NCBI GenBank assembly: GCA_008080745.1 | Contig: SHMX01000001.1 | Coordinates: 159,359-223,358, forward strand | From: Candidatus Thorarchaeota archaeon | Lineage (GTDB): Archaea > Asgardarchaeota > Thorarchaeia > Thorarchaeales > Thorarchaeaceae | Length of the DNA: 64,000 nt | Reading direction: 5' to 3' | Part shown: piece after piece, positions 39,026 through 48,483 of the stretch | How the letters are laid out: each line of letters opens with the position of its first letter | How positions within the stretch are numbered: the stretch's first letter is position 1 | Notes under the pieces: model-generated | The model's input: the letters and a program-made list of their open reading frames with translations, nothing else | The model's database searches: none | What the model was told of the DNA's origin: nothing | Position numbers and translations under genes: made by a program

Positions 39026-39847
39026 TTAGTTTTGAATTATCTCTATCAATTGTTTCTGATATTCTGTACCCAGAACTCTTATCTTCTCACTCATAATTTC
39101 GCCCAGACCGAGAGTATGGGCGGTAACTAGATGGGGTACATCCAAAGGTTCTATGTCAATCAATCGGGCTCCAAATGAATCAATGGCAACAGGATCATAT
39201 CCCACCACTACACCATTCGTACGAGTGGTGAGTTTTTCTTTTCTCAGACCGGAGACCATCTGTGTAAGGTCCAAAATGGTTATTTTCGGACGATATGCGA
39301 TTAGAAGGTCGATAAGGACGCTGTGGATGTTATCGTGATATACGGACTTGTCTACTTCAGGAAGGAGACCGAATAGATTCTTTATACTGGCACCCATGAC
39401 CCTAGCATCCGACTCACGTTTGATAGTTGCAGCATTAACAAGGAGAATATTTCCATCTAATATCTTAGGCATATTATGCTCTCTGAAATAATGCCCGTTC
39501 ATCTTGACAGTATGTAGCGGTTGATGGGAGAGATTCACTAATTCTGCACCATGATCCAATAACCGGTTATAGCCACACTTGGCAAAAGCCTCTTCGGTGG
39601 TTCTGACAGGATTATCACTTTCCACCACATATACGGGTGCTGTGCTTTGAAACATTTTTACCAGGCCCTCCACTAATTCAATATCAGTATTCCCAGGATA
39701 ATCAGGATTATAGATTGAAGGTTTGATAATGACCCTCTCGATTTCTCCAGATATTTGTAAAGGATCAGATAACTTTGACAATGCGGTAACAAGAGCTCCC
39801 TTTGTATGTCTTTCTACGGCAACTGCAACTTCGGACATGGATTCCAT
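39026..39847 (-). CDS. DUF362-like protein
   Basis: 273 aa; VIIKPSIYNP..., GASIKNLFGLLP and DPVAIDSFGARL segments follow the DUF362 pattern. Confidence 0.5.
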   Translation of the reverse strand: MESMSEVAVAVERHTKGALVTALSKLSDPLQISGEIERVIIKPSIYNPDYPGNTDIELVEGLVKMFQSTAPVYVVESDNPVRTTEEAFAKCGYNRLLDHGAELVNLSHQPLHTVKMNGHYFREHNMPKILDGNILLVNAATIKRESDARVMGASIKNLFGLLPEVDKSVYHDNIHSVLIDLLIAYRPKITILDLTQMVSGLRKEKLTTRTNGVVVGYDPVAIDSFGARLIDIEPLDVPHLVTAHTLGLGEIMSEKIRVLGTEYQKQLIEIIQN

Positions 39848-39909
39848 AAGTAAATCGACAATTTACAAGGCTTTAAGTCACACTCTATGACATAGTGAGT
39901 TGGATAATA

Positions 39910-40656
39910 ATGACTCTGACTCTAAAACAAAAAGAGCGGTACTCGCGATTCCTTCGATTAAACGAGATACAAAAGGAGGATATGGAATCAATTGTACGCA
40001 CGACTGTTGGTGTTGTTGGGGCAGGAGGTCTGGGAAGTTCTTCCCTAAGACTACTCACTGCTATAGGTTTTGGAAGAATCATAATTGTTGATTCAGACGA
40101 AGTTGAATTATCTAATATTCAGAGACAGACACTCTATAATACAGAGGATGTGGGAAGACCCAAGGTAGAAGCCGCAGTAGAGAACCTGATGAAGCTAAAC
40201 CCAGAAGTGAAATTTGAACCGAAGAAAGTGAGGGTTAATGAGGATAATGTTGAGGATATACTTCGGGATACAGACATTATTATTGATGGACTCGATTCCT
40301 TCAAAACACGGAAAATAGTCAATAAATTCAGCTTGGAAAGCAAGAAACCCTACATTTTTGCGGGTGCTGTAGAATTTTATGCAAATACTACGACCTTTCA
40401 GCCCGATAGTACGGGTTGTTTCCATTGTATTATGGGGGATGCTAAAGATAATCCAGAAATGACATGTGCGTCTATTGGTATAACCCCGGAAATACTACCA
40501 ATGGTCACCAGCGTTCAGGTTCGAGAAGCGGTACTAATTGCAACAGATAGAAAACCCAACCTTGCCAATAGATTACTGTCTATTGATATTGGCACTCTTG
40601 TTTTTGAAATGTTTGATATAAAAAAGAATGAGGAATGCGAAGTCTGTGGAGTTTAA
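39910..40656 (+). CDS. ThiF/MoeB/UbaA-family E1-like adenylyltransferase
   Basis: ERYSRFLRL...VGVVGAGGLGSS nucleotide-binding motif, DSDEVELSNIQRQ, and C-terminal CFHC...CEVCG zinc pairs; start at the first ATG (ORF track uses GTG at 39895). Confidence 0.8.
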   Translation: MTLTLKQKERYSRFLRLNEIQKEDMESIVRTTVGVVGAGGLGSSSLRLLTAIGFGRIIIVDSDEVELSNIQRQTLYNTEDVGRPKVEAAVENLMKLNPEVKFEPKKVRVNEDNVEDILRDTDIIIDGLDSFKTRKIVNKFSLESKKPYIFAGAVEFYANTTTFQPDSTGCFHCIMGDAKDNPEMTCASIGITPEILPMVTSVQVREAVLIATDRKPNLANRLLSIDIGTLVFEMFDIKKNEECEVCGV

Positions 40657-41798
40657 GCTCCAAAGAACAGTCTTCGCGCTCTTCTCTTCCTCTCCTCATC
40701 ACTCTGATCATCTGGTGGTGGTGGAGGTGGAGGTGGTGTGGTCTTGTCCGCTTCGTCTTTGGACTCGACTTCTTCATCTTCTTCCTCGTCCTCACTGCCT
40801 TCTTCGGATTCATCCTCAGAATCGTCAGGAATAGATGGTTCATCATAGGGACTCCATACTCGCTTAGGATCAGTAGGAACTTCATCTTCAGAATCGGATG
40901 TTTTGGATTCGACTGATTCCTCTGAATCTGGAGCTATAGTTTCTTCATAGTCACTCCAAGTAAATTCAGGTCCCTCGGAAGGTTTTGAGGGGGATTCTGG
41001 TGAAGCGCTCTGTTCGAAGTCATCAGTTGGAGGTATACTTCGCTCTGGCATAGAAGTCCTTTCAAAACTGGATTCTGGAGTAATTTCCGTATCGGTTTCG
41101 GTTTCTTCGGATTTTTCAGGTATCGGTGGTAGTTCTGATTCAGAACGAAGAGATTCTACACCTAATGGACTGGGTTCAATCAGTTCAAAGTCATCTTCAA
41201 AATGTCGTGATGAGGAACTGAAGGAGTAATCATCTGATTCTTGCTTGTCGGATTTACCTAGAGATTCGACAGATAATGGTTCAATATCCTCACTCTCAGA
41301 TTCGATAGGAACTTCTGATTCAATAGGTTCAGTTGACTCAGTAGGAATTTCAAATTCGTCGGTTTCAGGAGATTCAGCTCTTTCAACTTTTTCACGAGTT
41401 ATAGACTCAGAATAACTAGTGGTATCAGATGAAGTTTCGTAAGAACCTCTCTCTGGTTCGTAAGCAGAACTTTCCGGGATTTCCGATCCACTTTCTGTGT
41501 GTTGATAATCCTCGGTTACTTCATCTCTTGCTGTTTCGGTCTTTTTGAATTCGACTCCCAATTTCCAGCTAAGACACTCTTCACATTTCTTTGCAGCCGC
41601 TATTAGTCCGTCCGCTATGAAATCTTCAAGCGATTTGGCTTGTTCAGGATTGCGTCGCGACCATCTCAGAAAGCTATCTACCATACGTAAAGCGTCACGA
41701 ACGCCTAACCAATACTTCTCGTCCTTCTCCGAGCTCAATGGTGACACCTGAAGATGGAGATATGTAATTATGACAAAAGCCTTTGCATTACATACCAA
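40653..41798 (-). CDS. hyper-acidic Ser/Glu/Pro-rich low-complexity protein with C-terminal Pro8 tract and basic tail
   Basis: about 100-aa structured N-terminus, then about 250 aa of SE(P)-rich repeats, ending ...TTPPPPPPPPDDQSDEERKRRARRLFFGA; the start may be an internal Met (MVDSFLRWS). Confidence 0.5.
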   Translation of the reverse strand: MVCNAKAFVIITYLHLQVSPLSSEKDEKYWLGVRDALRMVDSFLRWSRRNPEQAKSLEDFIADGLIAAAKKCEECLSWKLGVEFKKTETARDEVTEDYQHTESGSEIPESSAYEPERGSYETSSDTTSYSESITREKVERAESPETDEFEIPTESTEPIESEVPIESESEDIEPLSVESLGKSDKQESDDYSFSSSSRHFEDDFELIEPSPLGVESLRSESELPPIPEKSEETETDTEITPESSFERTSMPERSIPPTDDFEQSASPESPSKPSEGPEFTWSDYEETIAPDSEESVESKTSDSEDEVPTDPKRVWSPYDEPSIPDDSEDESEEGSEDEEEDEEVESKDEADKTTPPPPPPPPDDQSDEERKRRARRLFFGA

Positions 41799-41806
41799 AA
41801 TACATG

Positions 41807-42259
41807 CTACAACCCGCGTGTCGTAAGCAATTCTTCCACGAGACCTTCAAAAGCTGAGATAATCCTCTTCCGCTCATCATCATCAAGGGGTTCATCAAGA
41901 ATGAGCAACCTGCATGGAACACTTCCAATTTTTTCCTTGACTTTGTTTTTGTATTTCGCCTCAAGATCCGGGTCGGTCTTCTCTAATACAACCATAGCCC
42001 CATGAGCGCCAGTATAAGTCATAGTCAAGAGGATATCCAGAGCTGAATGTTTGGAAAACATAAAGACAGCTCTAACGTCTGCTCCGTGACTCTCCCGCTC
42101 AATAGATCCTATACTTATTCCATCAACAGATACTAGATCTTTATTGAAGATCCTCACAACTTCCTCTAATAGATCTTCATCGGGGCCAAGTAGGGTAATC
42201 TTAAACAGAAACCTTTGCCCTTTCCTTTCCGAGGCTGGTGACATCAATAATTTCTCCAT
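41807..42259 (-). CDS. hypothetical alpha/beta protein (weak resemblance to a P-loop-less Ras-like GTPase or a pseudo-receiver domain)
   Basis: 150 aa; FKITLLGPDED...ALDILLTMTYTGAHGAMVVLEKTD...VPCRLLILDEP strand-helix alternation; no GxxxxGK[ST] P-loop and no phospho-acceptor Asp. Confidence 0.35.
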   Translation of the reverse strand: MEKLLMSPASERKGQRFLFKITLLGPDEDLLEEVVRIFNKDLVSVDGISIGSIERESHGADVRAVFMFSKHSALDILLTMTYTGAHGAMVVLEKTDPDLEAKYKNKVKEKIGSVPCRLLILDEPLDDDERKRIISAFEGLVEELLTTRGL

Positions 42260-42387
42260 AGATGTTAGAGATTTCTCTCTTGGATATTACACCACTACTA
42301 GTTGATATGTGTTATGTGGTTTGTTAGATTGTCAGGACTACAAATTAATAAGCAAAATTCAACGCATTTGTGTAATAGGCGATATCA

Positions 42388-42732
42388 GTGACCTCTGTTG
42401 ATGATGTTTTTGAAGCCTTGAAGCCTGTTATGGACCCAGAGCACCCAGTCAGCATAACGGACCCTAGAATGCAAATTGTTAAGAAAGAATACATCTCAGT
42501 TGATGATGGCATCCAAGTTCAGTTTAAACCCACTGTGCCATATTGCCCAATGGGAGGACTCATTGGAATCCTTATTCGTCATAGACTTGAAGAAGTATAT
42601 CCTGATAAAAAAATCCATGTGAAGTTGGTGCCAGGAACACACTCTCAAGAACAAGCTGTCAATCTAATGATAAGTGACAATGAACGCTATCGACAAATAG
42701 TTGAGCAGCTCAAAGAGAAGGATATGCTCTAG
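42388..42732 (+). CDS. DUF59/MIP18-family Fe-S cluster assembly-related protein
   Basis: 114 aa; VFEALKPVMDPEHPVSITD...TVPYCPMGG matches the DUF59 signature with the conserved Cys; GTG start. Confidence 0.6.
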   Translation: MTSVDDVFEALKPVMDPEHPVSITDPRMQIVKKEYISVDDGIQVQFKPTVPYCPMGGLIGILIRHRLEEVYPDKKIHVKLVPGTHSQEQAVNLMISDNERYRQIVEQLKEKDML

Positions 42733-42737
42733 AGGGT

Positions 42738-43106
42738 TTGCAATATTTGAAAGCTTCCGAAAATCTGATTCAATTAGGAATCATTCTCCTGTTCATGGGT
42801 TTTGGCATATTACTACTGACAAGTCCAACTGAAGGACAGACTTTTTTCTTTGTGTTCCCATTCTTCTTTTTTGGAGAGCTGACGGGTATTGGCTTCGTGA
42901 TTAGTCTAGCAATTATAGGAATCATGATCTGGTACTTCGTTGCAGGATTCCCAAAATCGATCAGTAGACAGGGAAGATTGGAAAATGAGAGAATCTATCT
43001 TGAAGTTGAGGGGATATGTGATTATTGTGGGTCAGCAATACCAACAGGTGCATCTTTCTGCCAAGTCTGCGGCAGGTCAATAAGGAATGAAAGAGAAAGT
43101 TGGTAG
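42738..43106 (+). CDS. small membrane protein with C-terminal zinc-ribbon
   Basis: 122 aa; two hydrophobic helices then CDYCGSAIPTGASFCQVCG. Confidence 0.45.
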   Translation: MQYLKASENLIQLGIILLFMGFGILLLTSPTEGQTFFFVFPFFFFGELTGIGFVISLAIIGIMIWYFVAGFPKSISRQGRLENERIYLEVEGICDYCGSAIPTGASFCQVCGRSIRNERESW

Positions 43107-43127
43107 AATAGGTGGGAGGCACTCGGA

Positions 43128-43592
43128 TTGGGTAGAATCAGACCAATTAAGTCAACGGATGTCGAGAGCGTGGTAGGGATAGAAAGTCAATGCTTTCCTA
43201 CACCGTGGGACAGAAGCATCTTTGAAGCAATCTCGCAATGGAGAGGTAATATTCCACTGAAGCATAAACGGATAATTAGAATGCGTGTATTGGAATTCAA
43301 GGAACAGGTTGAGGGATACATTGTATGGGAGGAAGACAAGATAACTGAAAATGGGCATGTGATGAATTTGGCTGTTTCTAATGCTCATCGAGGTAAAGGA
43401 TGGGGAGAAAAACTCCTAAGATATGCAATTGAGTTAATGCGCGATCATGAAATGAAACTTTGTTTTTTAGAAGTCAGGGAGAACAATACGACTGCTCAGG
43501 CATTATACAAGAAAATTGGCATGGTCAAGAGCGATGTTAGGGTCGGTTACTATGAGAGTGAAGACGCTTACATCTATACTCTTGACCTTTAG
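43128..43592 (+). CDS. GNAT-family acetyltransferase (RimI-like)
   Basis: 154 aa; LAVSNAHRGKGWGEKLLRYAIE (motif A); TTG start with GGAGG 8 nt upstream. Confidence 0.65.
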   Translation: MGRIRPIKSTDVESVVGIESQCFPTPWDRSIFEAISQWRGNIPLKHKRIIRMRVLEFKEQVEGYIVWEEDKITENGHVMNLAVSNAHRGKGWGEKLLRYAIELMRDHEMKLCFLEVRENNTTAQALYKKIGMVKSDVRVGYYESEDAYIYTLDL

Positions 43593-43595
43593 GAA

Positions 43596-46500
43596 TTATT
43601 TCGTTGGACGAATTATTTGGGGACCAACTATATCATGGAAGAGCTCTAGATAGGAAGAATCACTAGATAGCAAACTAAAGGGCTCATCAGAGTCTGTACC
43701 TAAGAGTATAATTTTATTGTCAGCAACCGCCATTAATGGAACATCTTGGGAATAGATAATCCTCCAACCCGGCAGTTCTTCAATACTGGGTTCACCATCT
43801 TCGGGTAAGGGAATGATCAATATCTTTCTTCGAGGTTTGGAAATCTTGGAAATCTTCTTTAGGTCTAAATCACCAGGATTTGGACTTGCAATCACTATTG
43901 ATTCTTCAGCTTGATTAGCCAGAGCTAGTATCTGTGAATAAATTGCCTCTTTTCCTTTGATATACCAAGTCTTACCAGATTGTGATAGAATTTCTCGACT
44001 GGCTTTTTGGATAACCTCAAGACTCTCAATCGATTTCTCTGTTACTGATTTCACACTCTCGAATGATGAATCTAAATTCTTCTGAAAATCAGTGTATTGT
44101 TTCTCCAGCTTGGTCACCCACCTTCTGATTGATTTATCCATCTCGGTGCTCATAGCTGTCAATACTTCGGACCTAGTTTGTTTCAGTTCTGAAGTTGTTT
44201 CTGTCATGACTGTGTTAGTCGTGGCTGTCGTTTCATTAATCTCAATATTCTTTGTAGCCACGTCAGCACGGATAGATTCCATTAATTCATAGGATTTTGT
44301 ACTCACATCAGTTTTTAATTCAACACCAAGGGACTCAAATTTCCTCGAAGCTTGCTGATTGGCAACAAGAACATTTTGACGAGTTTTATCAAGTATGTCA
44401 TCACAATTGGATCGCAGTTTCTTAGCAGTTCTCTCAAGGAGAGTAGTTATTTCATCATGGGCTGATTCCAACGAGAGGGAATAATCATGAAGTGAAGTAT
44501 TCAGTTCCGAGTTAGCTTCGGAATGAACCGCAGCTACTCCCTTCTTTATCGATTTTGTAGCTTCTTCAACACCAACTTTTGCACTCTCTGGCATAGCATC
44601 AATGGACTCCTTAACTCGCTCTAGAGCTGTTGCAACCATTGATTCAAAGTCCGTAGCTTGTGAACGAAGCTTCGATTCAGTTTTATCAAATAGACCAATA
44701 CTCATAGCTTCTAGTTTTTCAATAGTTTCATCACCCTTCGATAGTATATTCTCGGTTGCCTGTTCAGAAGTTTTGGAAAGTTGTTGTTGGACCAAGGTAA
44801 GCTCATTATCCAATTTACTTCCGAGAGCGGTAAGCGATGACTCTACATTAGAAACTGCAGATTCAACCCAGACAGAGGCAGCGTCGAAGGCTAAAGCAAC
44901 TTCGTTCTTTCTGGTTTCTAAAGTCTTCATGATATCCTCCTTAGACTTGCTTCTTGCTTTCACAGCTTTTGATTCCGCTTCCGTGATTGAACTTTGATAG
45001 TTTTCAAGACGTTCAGAGGATACCCTCGCTCTTGCACTGTATAGTGCATCCAGTTTCTTACTAGTTTCAGCTAGTGTTCTCTGTTTGGCATCACTTTGAG
45101 ATGAAAGGAATGACTCTGCCTTTGTTTTGATAGCACCAGTTGATTTGGTAATGAAAGTCTTGGCATCATCACGTGCACCCCCAATCCTTTCAACCACAGT
45201 ATCCCTACCACTACTGATTGAAGCATTGAACTCTCGAGATACCTGAGTAAGATTTTCTCCAAGCTGCCGAATTGTGCCACTGCTCATCTCTCTTAATGAC
45301 TCAGCAGTTGTGATCATTGATTGTTCAAGATTATCTATAGCGGTGTTAACCATTGAGGTAATTGAAGTACGCTTCTCAGAGCTCACCGTCTGAAGTGTTT
45401 CTCGAATCTCCTCCGCATGTTCAGCTACTTCATCAACTCGACTCTGTAATTGTATTGTGTACTCCTCTTGTATTTTGAGTGAATCGGATTCTAGGGAGGA
45501 AATCTCTGTTCTAATAGCATTCTTAAATTCGGTATGAGCTGAACCAATAAGATCAGTTGCTTCCAAGGTCTGACTAGAAATTAAGGCATTGAAAGACGAC
45601 TCTGTGCTCTGGGTTAGAGTGATGAATTGACGAGTTATCTCTTCAAGTTTGACATGGAATTCCTCCTGGATCCCTTTCGCCATTCGCTCTATTCGTCCCG
45701 TCTGATCTTCAATGGTGGAATCAATTTCTTTTTGAATCCGAGTAGCATGGCTAGTTAAGGTTGACACACTCTGAGCGAGTCTTTCATTCAGAGTTGTCCC
45801 AAGTTCTTGGTAGAGTGTCTTCGTGACATCTACCTGTGTCTTTGTAGTAGTTGCAAAATCGTTTATGATATCTGTAAATGTACTCTCAAGAGAGGACTCA
45901 AACTCTGTAGACATAAGTTTTGCATCAGAAAGAATTGCTTCACTTTGACTTGCTGATTTAGATATAATGCTGTCAAATGCAGTCTTTAGTCGACTATTCA
46001 TATTAGTAACAAGAGAATTAAATTCTGACGATTCTGTATCAAGAACTTGAGAGATTTCATCTACAGCACCAGTTAGTTTCTTCTCAATTTCTTCTCCGGC
46101 AATTGAAGCCCAATCATCAATATCAGCATTGAGTGTTTCACCATCTTCCTGTATTCTAGCATCATCAGCTTCAAGTTGGCCTTGTAGTAGGGAGAGTATG
46201 GAATTCCGCACCTCGCTGACATGAACATCGAAATCTGAATTAATCGATTTTGCAAAAGATTTCAAGCGGGCAAATTCATCACTCAGAAATCCACTCGCCT
46301 TGTCAAAATAGGTATTCACCGAGGTTCGAATAACTTCATGATAAGAATCGTCAGTGTCAGACACCTGTTCAAGTTGAGCGGTGACAGACTGATTTGCAAC
46401 CTCCATAAATCCTGTCACTTCTTTCTTCCAAGCTGAAATGTCACTTAGGACTGAAATAGTAGCGTCAATTGCAGTCTGAATTTCATGCTGAACGTGTTCT

Positions 46501-47489
46501 GCTTGTTCACGAGGAATCTCTTTAGCACTTTCAAGCATGCCATCAAGAGACTCCTTCGCACCGAGGTAGGATTCACCTAGAGTACTATCAAACTCACTAA
46601 GACTGGTTTTCAAATCTGAGATGAGTTGGTTTAGCTGTTTTACGCTTTTCTTTGAGATATCTGTCGATTTTGCAAGTACTACCTTTACAATTTCTTTTGA
46701 TGCATCATCAAGAGCTCCCTCTGATTCTGATAGTGCTTCGTTTATTGATGACCTAATTTGCTCTACTAATTCAGCTATCTTGTTGCTTACACCATCTATC
46801 GAATCTGAAACGGAGGTGGTCTCATCATTAAGCCAATCATCGAATTCGGTGGCAATCTCATCGGTGGATTCGATTAATTGTTTTTGGCTGGCATCTAATG
46901 ACTTCTGCAATTCTGACAATAAAACTCCTAGGCGATTGTCCAATCCAGTATCGATTTCTGTAAGTACAGTTTCTAGCTGTTCAACCAAAGAATTGAGAAC
47001 ATTAGTTACAGTTCCAGATATCTCTTCAATCTGGTCACGAACAGTAGTAACCATCTCGTTTTCATATTCGTCTAAAGCATTGGTTACTTTGAGATCTCGT
47101 TCTTTATGAGACTCGAGTAAATTCTGGGCAAGTGAGCTTGTTGTTTTTTCTTGCTCACCAATGACATTTTCAGAAACCTCTTTGATTGAGGAAAATTCGT
47201 CAAGCATCTCTTGGAGAGATGATACCACCATCGTATCAAGGGGTACAGCCCGATAAACCGGAATTACACCCTCTAGCTCTACCACATAACCTTTCTCAAT
47301 CAATTTCTTCAGTGTTGATTTTACTTTTGAGGTCTTTTCACCAATTAATAGAGCTACTCCCTCAGCAGTAATATTACCACTCGCAAGTATGGGATAAAGC
47401 ACAGAAGCTTCAAGTTTGGTGAGACCAAGATTGGATTTCAATACAGGAACAGTTTCAGTCATCAAATTGCCACTCACTACTAATACCAC
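43596..47489 (-). CDS. giant (1297-aa) protein: N-terminal TrmB-like winged helix, about 1000-aa Ser/Thr/Glu-rich helical (coiled-coil-like) region, C-terminal globular domain
   Basis: N-terminus LTKLEASVLYPILASGNITAEGVALLIGEKTSKVKSTLKKLIEKGYV is helix-turn-helix-like; long helical low-complexity core; C-terminal about 130 aa (WYIKGKEAIYSQILALANQAEESIVIA...) is not low complexity. Confidence 0.6.
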   Translation of the reverse strand: MVLVVSGNLMTETVPVLKSNLGLTKLEASVLYPILASGNITAEGVALLIGEKTSKVKSTLKKLIEKGYVVELEGVIPVYRAVPLDTMVVSSLQEMLDEFSSIKEVSENVIGEQEKTTSSLAQNLLESHKERDLKVTNALDEYENEMVTTVRDQIEEISGTVTNVLNSLVEQLETVLTEIDTGLDNRLGVLLSELQKSLDASQKQLIESTDEIATEFDDWLNDETTSVSDSIDGVSNKIAELVEQIRSSINEALSESEGALDDASKEIVKVVLAKSTDISKKSVKQLNQLISDLKTSLSEFDSTLGESYLGAKESLDGMLESAKEIPREQAEHVQHEIQTAIDATISVLSDISAWKKEVTGFMEVANQSVTAQLEQVSDTDDSYHEVIRTSVNTYFDKASGFLSDEFARLKSFAKSINSDFDVHVSEVRNSILSLLQGQLEADDARIQEDGETLNADIDDWASIAGEEIEKKLTGAVDEISQVLDTESSEFNSLVTNMNSRLKTAFDSIISKSASQSEAILSDAKLMSTEFESSLESTFTDIINDFATTTKTQVDVTKTLYQELGTTLNERLAQSVSTLTSHATRIQKEIDSTIEDQTGRIERMAKGIQEEFHVKLEEITRQFITLTQSTESSFNALISSQTLEATDLIGSAHTEFKNAIRTEISSLESDSLKIQEEYTIQLQSRVDEVAEHAEEIRETLQTVSSEKRTSITSMVNTAIDNLEQSMITTAESLREMSSGTIRQLGENLTQVSREFNASISSGRDTVVERIGGARDDAKTFITKSTGAIKTKAESFLSSQSDAKQRTLAETSKKLDALYSARARVSSERLENYQSSITEAESKAVKARSKSKEDIMKTLETRKNEVALAFDAASVWVESAVSNVESSLTALGSKLDNELTLVQQQLSKTSEQATENILSKGDETIEKLEAMSIGLFDKTESKLRSQATDFESMVATALERVKESIDAMPESAKVGVEEATKSIKKGVAAVHSEANSELNTSLHDYSLSLESAHDEITTLLERTAKKLRSNCDDILDKTRQNVLVANQQASRKFESLGVELKTDVSTKSYELMESIRADVATKNIEINETTATTNTVMTETTSELKQTRSEVLTAMSTEMDKSIRRWVTKLEKQYTDFQKNLDSSFESVKSVTEKSIESLEVIQKASREILSQSGKTWYIKGKEAIYSQILALANQAEESIVIASPNPGDLDLKKISKISKPRRKILIIPLPEDGEPSIEELPGWRIIYSQDVPLMAVADNKIILLGTDSDEPFSLLSSDSSYLELFHDIVGPQIIRPTK

Positions 47490-47534
47490 CGGATAATTCT
47501 TGTAAATGCGTAAACGAGATACTGTTTTAATCAG

Positions 47535-48374
47535 TTATTCGGACCCAGAAACCATCGTGAATAAACGGTTGAGTTCTCCCACCTTTATTCTGGCTCCTTT
47601 CGAGTCGGTTACTAGCTCCACCTCAAGTTGAAACTCTCCATCATCAAGTATATGAATTTCTTCAAATTGATTCTCAAATTTGCTAGCAATTTCTTTGAGT
47701 TTCTTGGGAGGTAGTTTATCCGAACCTAGTTTAAGTATCCACCAATTGGTTGTCAGATCATTGAGAGCGTATTTCACATTATAATGCTCAGAAAAGACTT
47801 CTACATAGATCTTAAACATATTAAGTGTACTGATAATAAGATTCCGAGGATTAACAACAACTACCCCTCTTGAAAGGTCAAAATGAAATAGTAGGTCATC
47901 CCCCACTACTACTTTGACGTTAAAAACTCTTAGAACAGACATTTTCGTCCAGATTTTTTTAAATCGAGTAAGAAAATGCTTGATGGAACTCACACGGAGT
48001 GTGGAGAGAAGGTCCTTGATGGGAACACGCCGGTCATATAACGAGCGTCCTTTTCGCTCAAGAATGTACCGTTTAACCTGGTCCAAATACTGAGAATAAC
48101 AGAAGCTTGGAAGGTCTTGCGGTTCTACGCCAATCTCTATTAGTGCATTTAGAAAATTACGATTTTTGCATGATGGGCGTACTGTGCAGGCTAGTCTGTC
48201 TTCTTGGCATTCGGAACATTTTGTCTCATAGAGTTCAATAATCTCGCTTGCAAGACTGCCATCAGCGATATCATCCAATATCTCCAATCTGATAGCAAGA
48301 TCGTCCTTGTGCTTCTTTAGTTCCAAATGCGATTCCAGCTCCGTTGTATCATAACTTCGAGGAGAGGGGGCCAA
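47535..48374 (-). CDS. hypothetical protein with N-terminal Cys cluster
   Basis: 279 aa; CSECQEDRLACTVRPSC near the N-terminus; co-directional with and 45 nt upstream of the giant gene. Confidence 0.45.
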   Translation of the reverse strand: MAPSPRSYDTTELESHLELKKHKDDLAIRLEILDDIADGSLASEIIELYETKCSECQEDRLACTVRPSCKNRNFLNALIEIGVEPQDLPSFCYSQYLDQVKRYILERKGRSLYDRRVPIKDLLSTLRVSSIKHFLTRFKKIWTKMSVLRVFNVKVVVGDDLLFHFDLSRGVVVVNPRNLIISTLNMFKIYVEVFSEHYNVKYALNDLTTNWWILKLGSDKLPPKKLKEIASKFENQFEEIHILDDGEFQLEVELVTDSKGARIKVGELNRLFTMVSGSE

Positions 48375-48483
48375 GTAGCATATGGACTGCTTGGTCCGAA
48401 GTCTCTATGAAAACTAAAACGACGAGTTATTTTATACTTATCTTAAGGATACACAAATACATGGCTTGTAAGAGTGTTTCGGA

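Noticed and set aside
40580-40916. His/Arg-rich and Trp/Arg-rich ORFs overlapping the end of the acidic-protein gene
   Set aside because: They are frame shadows of the GAA/GAT/TCN/CCN-rich coding strand of 40653..41798; the composition is an artefact of that repetitive sequence
40700-41500. Short-period DNA repetition (possible CRISPR or tandem-repeat array)
   Set aside because: Repeats are irregular, in frame, and encode Ser/Glu/Pro low complexity; there are no regular repeat-spacer units
44092-47109. Several antisense ORFs (66-162 aa) inside the giant gene
   Set aside because: Ser-rich shadow frames on the opposite strand of a long, compositionally biased gene; no independent support
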